The notes under the pieces: model-generated
Seen by the model: only the letters and a program-made list of their open reading frames with translations
What the model was told of the DNA's origin: nothing
The model's database searches: none
Translations under genes and position numbers: made by a program
Shown here: one piece after another, positions 63,773 to 64,000 of the stretch
Layout: the number at the start of each line of letters is the position of its first letter
How positions within the stretch are numbered: the first letter of the stretch is position 1
Source of the DNA: Anolis carolinensis
Lineage: Eukaryota
Length of the DNA stretch: 64,000 nt
NCBI RefSeq assembly: GCF_035594765.1
Contig: NC_085842.1
Location: 314,325,749 to 314,389,748, forward strand
Direction of reading: 5' to 3'

Positions 63773-64000
63773 CAGTAGAGTCTCACTTATCCAATACTCG
63801 CTTATCCAACATTCTGGATTATCCAACGCATTTTTGTAGTCAATTTTTTCAATATGTTGTGATATTTTGGTGCTAAATTCGTAAATACAGCAATTACAAC
63901 ATAACATCACTGCATATTGAACTACTTTTTCTGTCAAATTTGTTGTATAACATGATGTTTTGGTGCTTAATTTGTAAAATCATAACCTAATTTGATGTTT
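63773..64000. mobile_element. Tc1/mariner MITE (runs off the window end)
   Basis: TA followed by CAGTAGAGTCTCACTTATCCAA; inverted relative to 12486. Confidence 0.9.

Overview
Vertebrate genomic DNA, very likely from an anole lizard (Anolis-type). This is inferred from the repeat content: Sauria SINE/BovB, Anolis SINE2/L2, CR1, Penelope-like, R4/Dong, hAT, Tc1/mariner, Harbinger MITEs and Helitrons. The window is mostly intronic or intergenic and rich in transposons, with many nested insertions whose TSDs are readable and one assembly gap (38968-39463). I could not recognise any named host gene. A chain of candidate minus-strand exons (about 43.5 kb down to 0.6 kb) with canonical splice sites may belong to an unidentified spliced gene. 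The only long ORF is a young L2 reverse transcriptase. The most interesting observations are: (1) two divergent Gypsy-like LTRs share a ~97-codon ORF that opens in the same phase at the LTR start and keeps an acidic patch plus an RREF..QRS..RRSxR motif through synonymous changes; (2) minimal hammerhead ribozyme motifs in Penelope-like elements, including a chimeric L2-tail/Penelope insertion within one TSD; (3) Helitrons carrying captured SINE/MITE pieces or a ~143-bp tandem array; (4) a hAT family with a variable internal minisatellite; (5) serial R4/Dong insertions into a TAA tail. Family names come from pattern recognition, not database searches.
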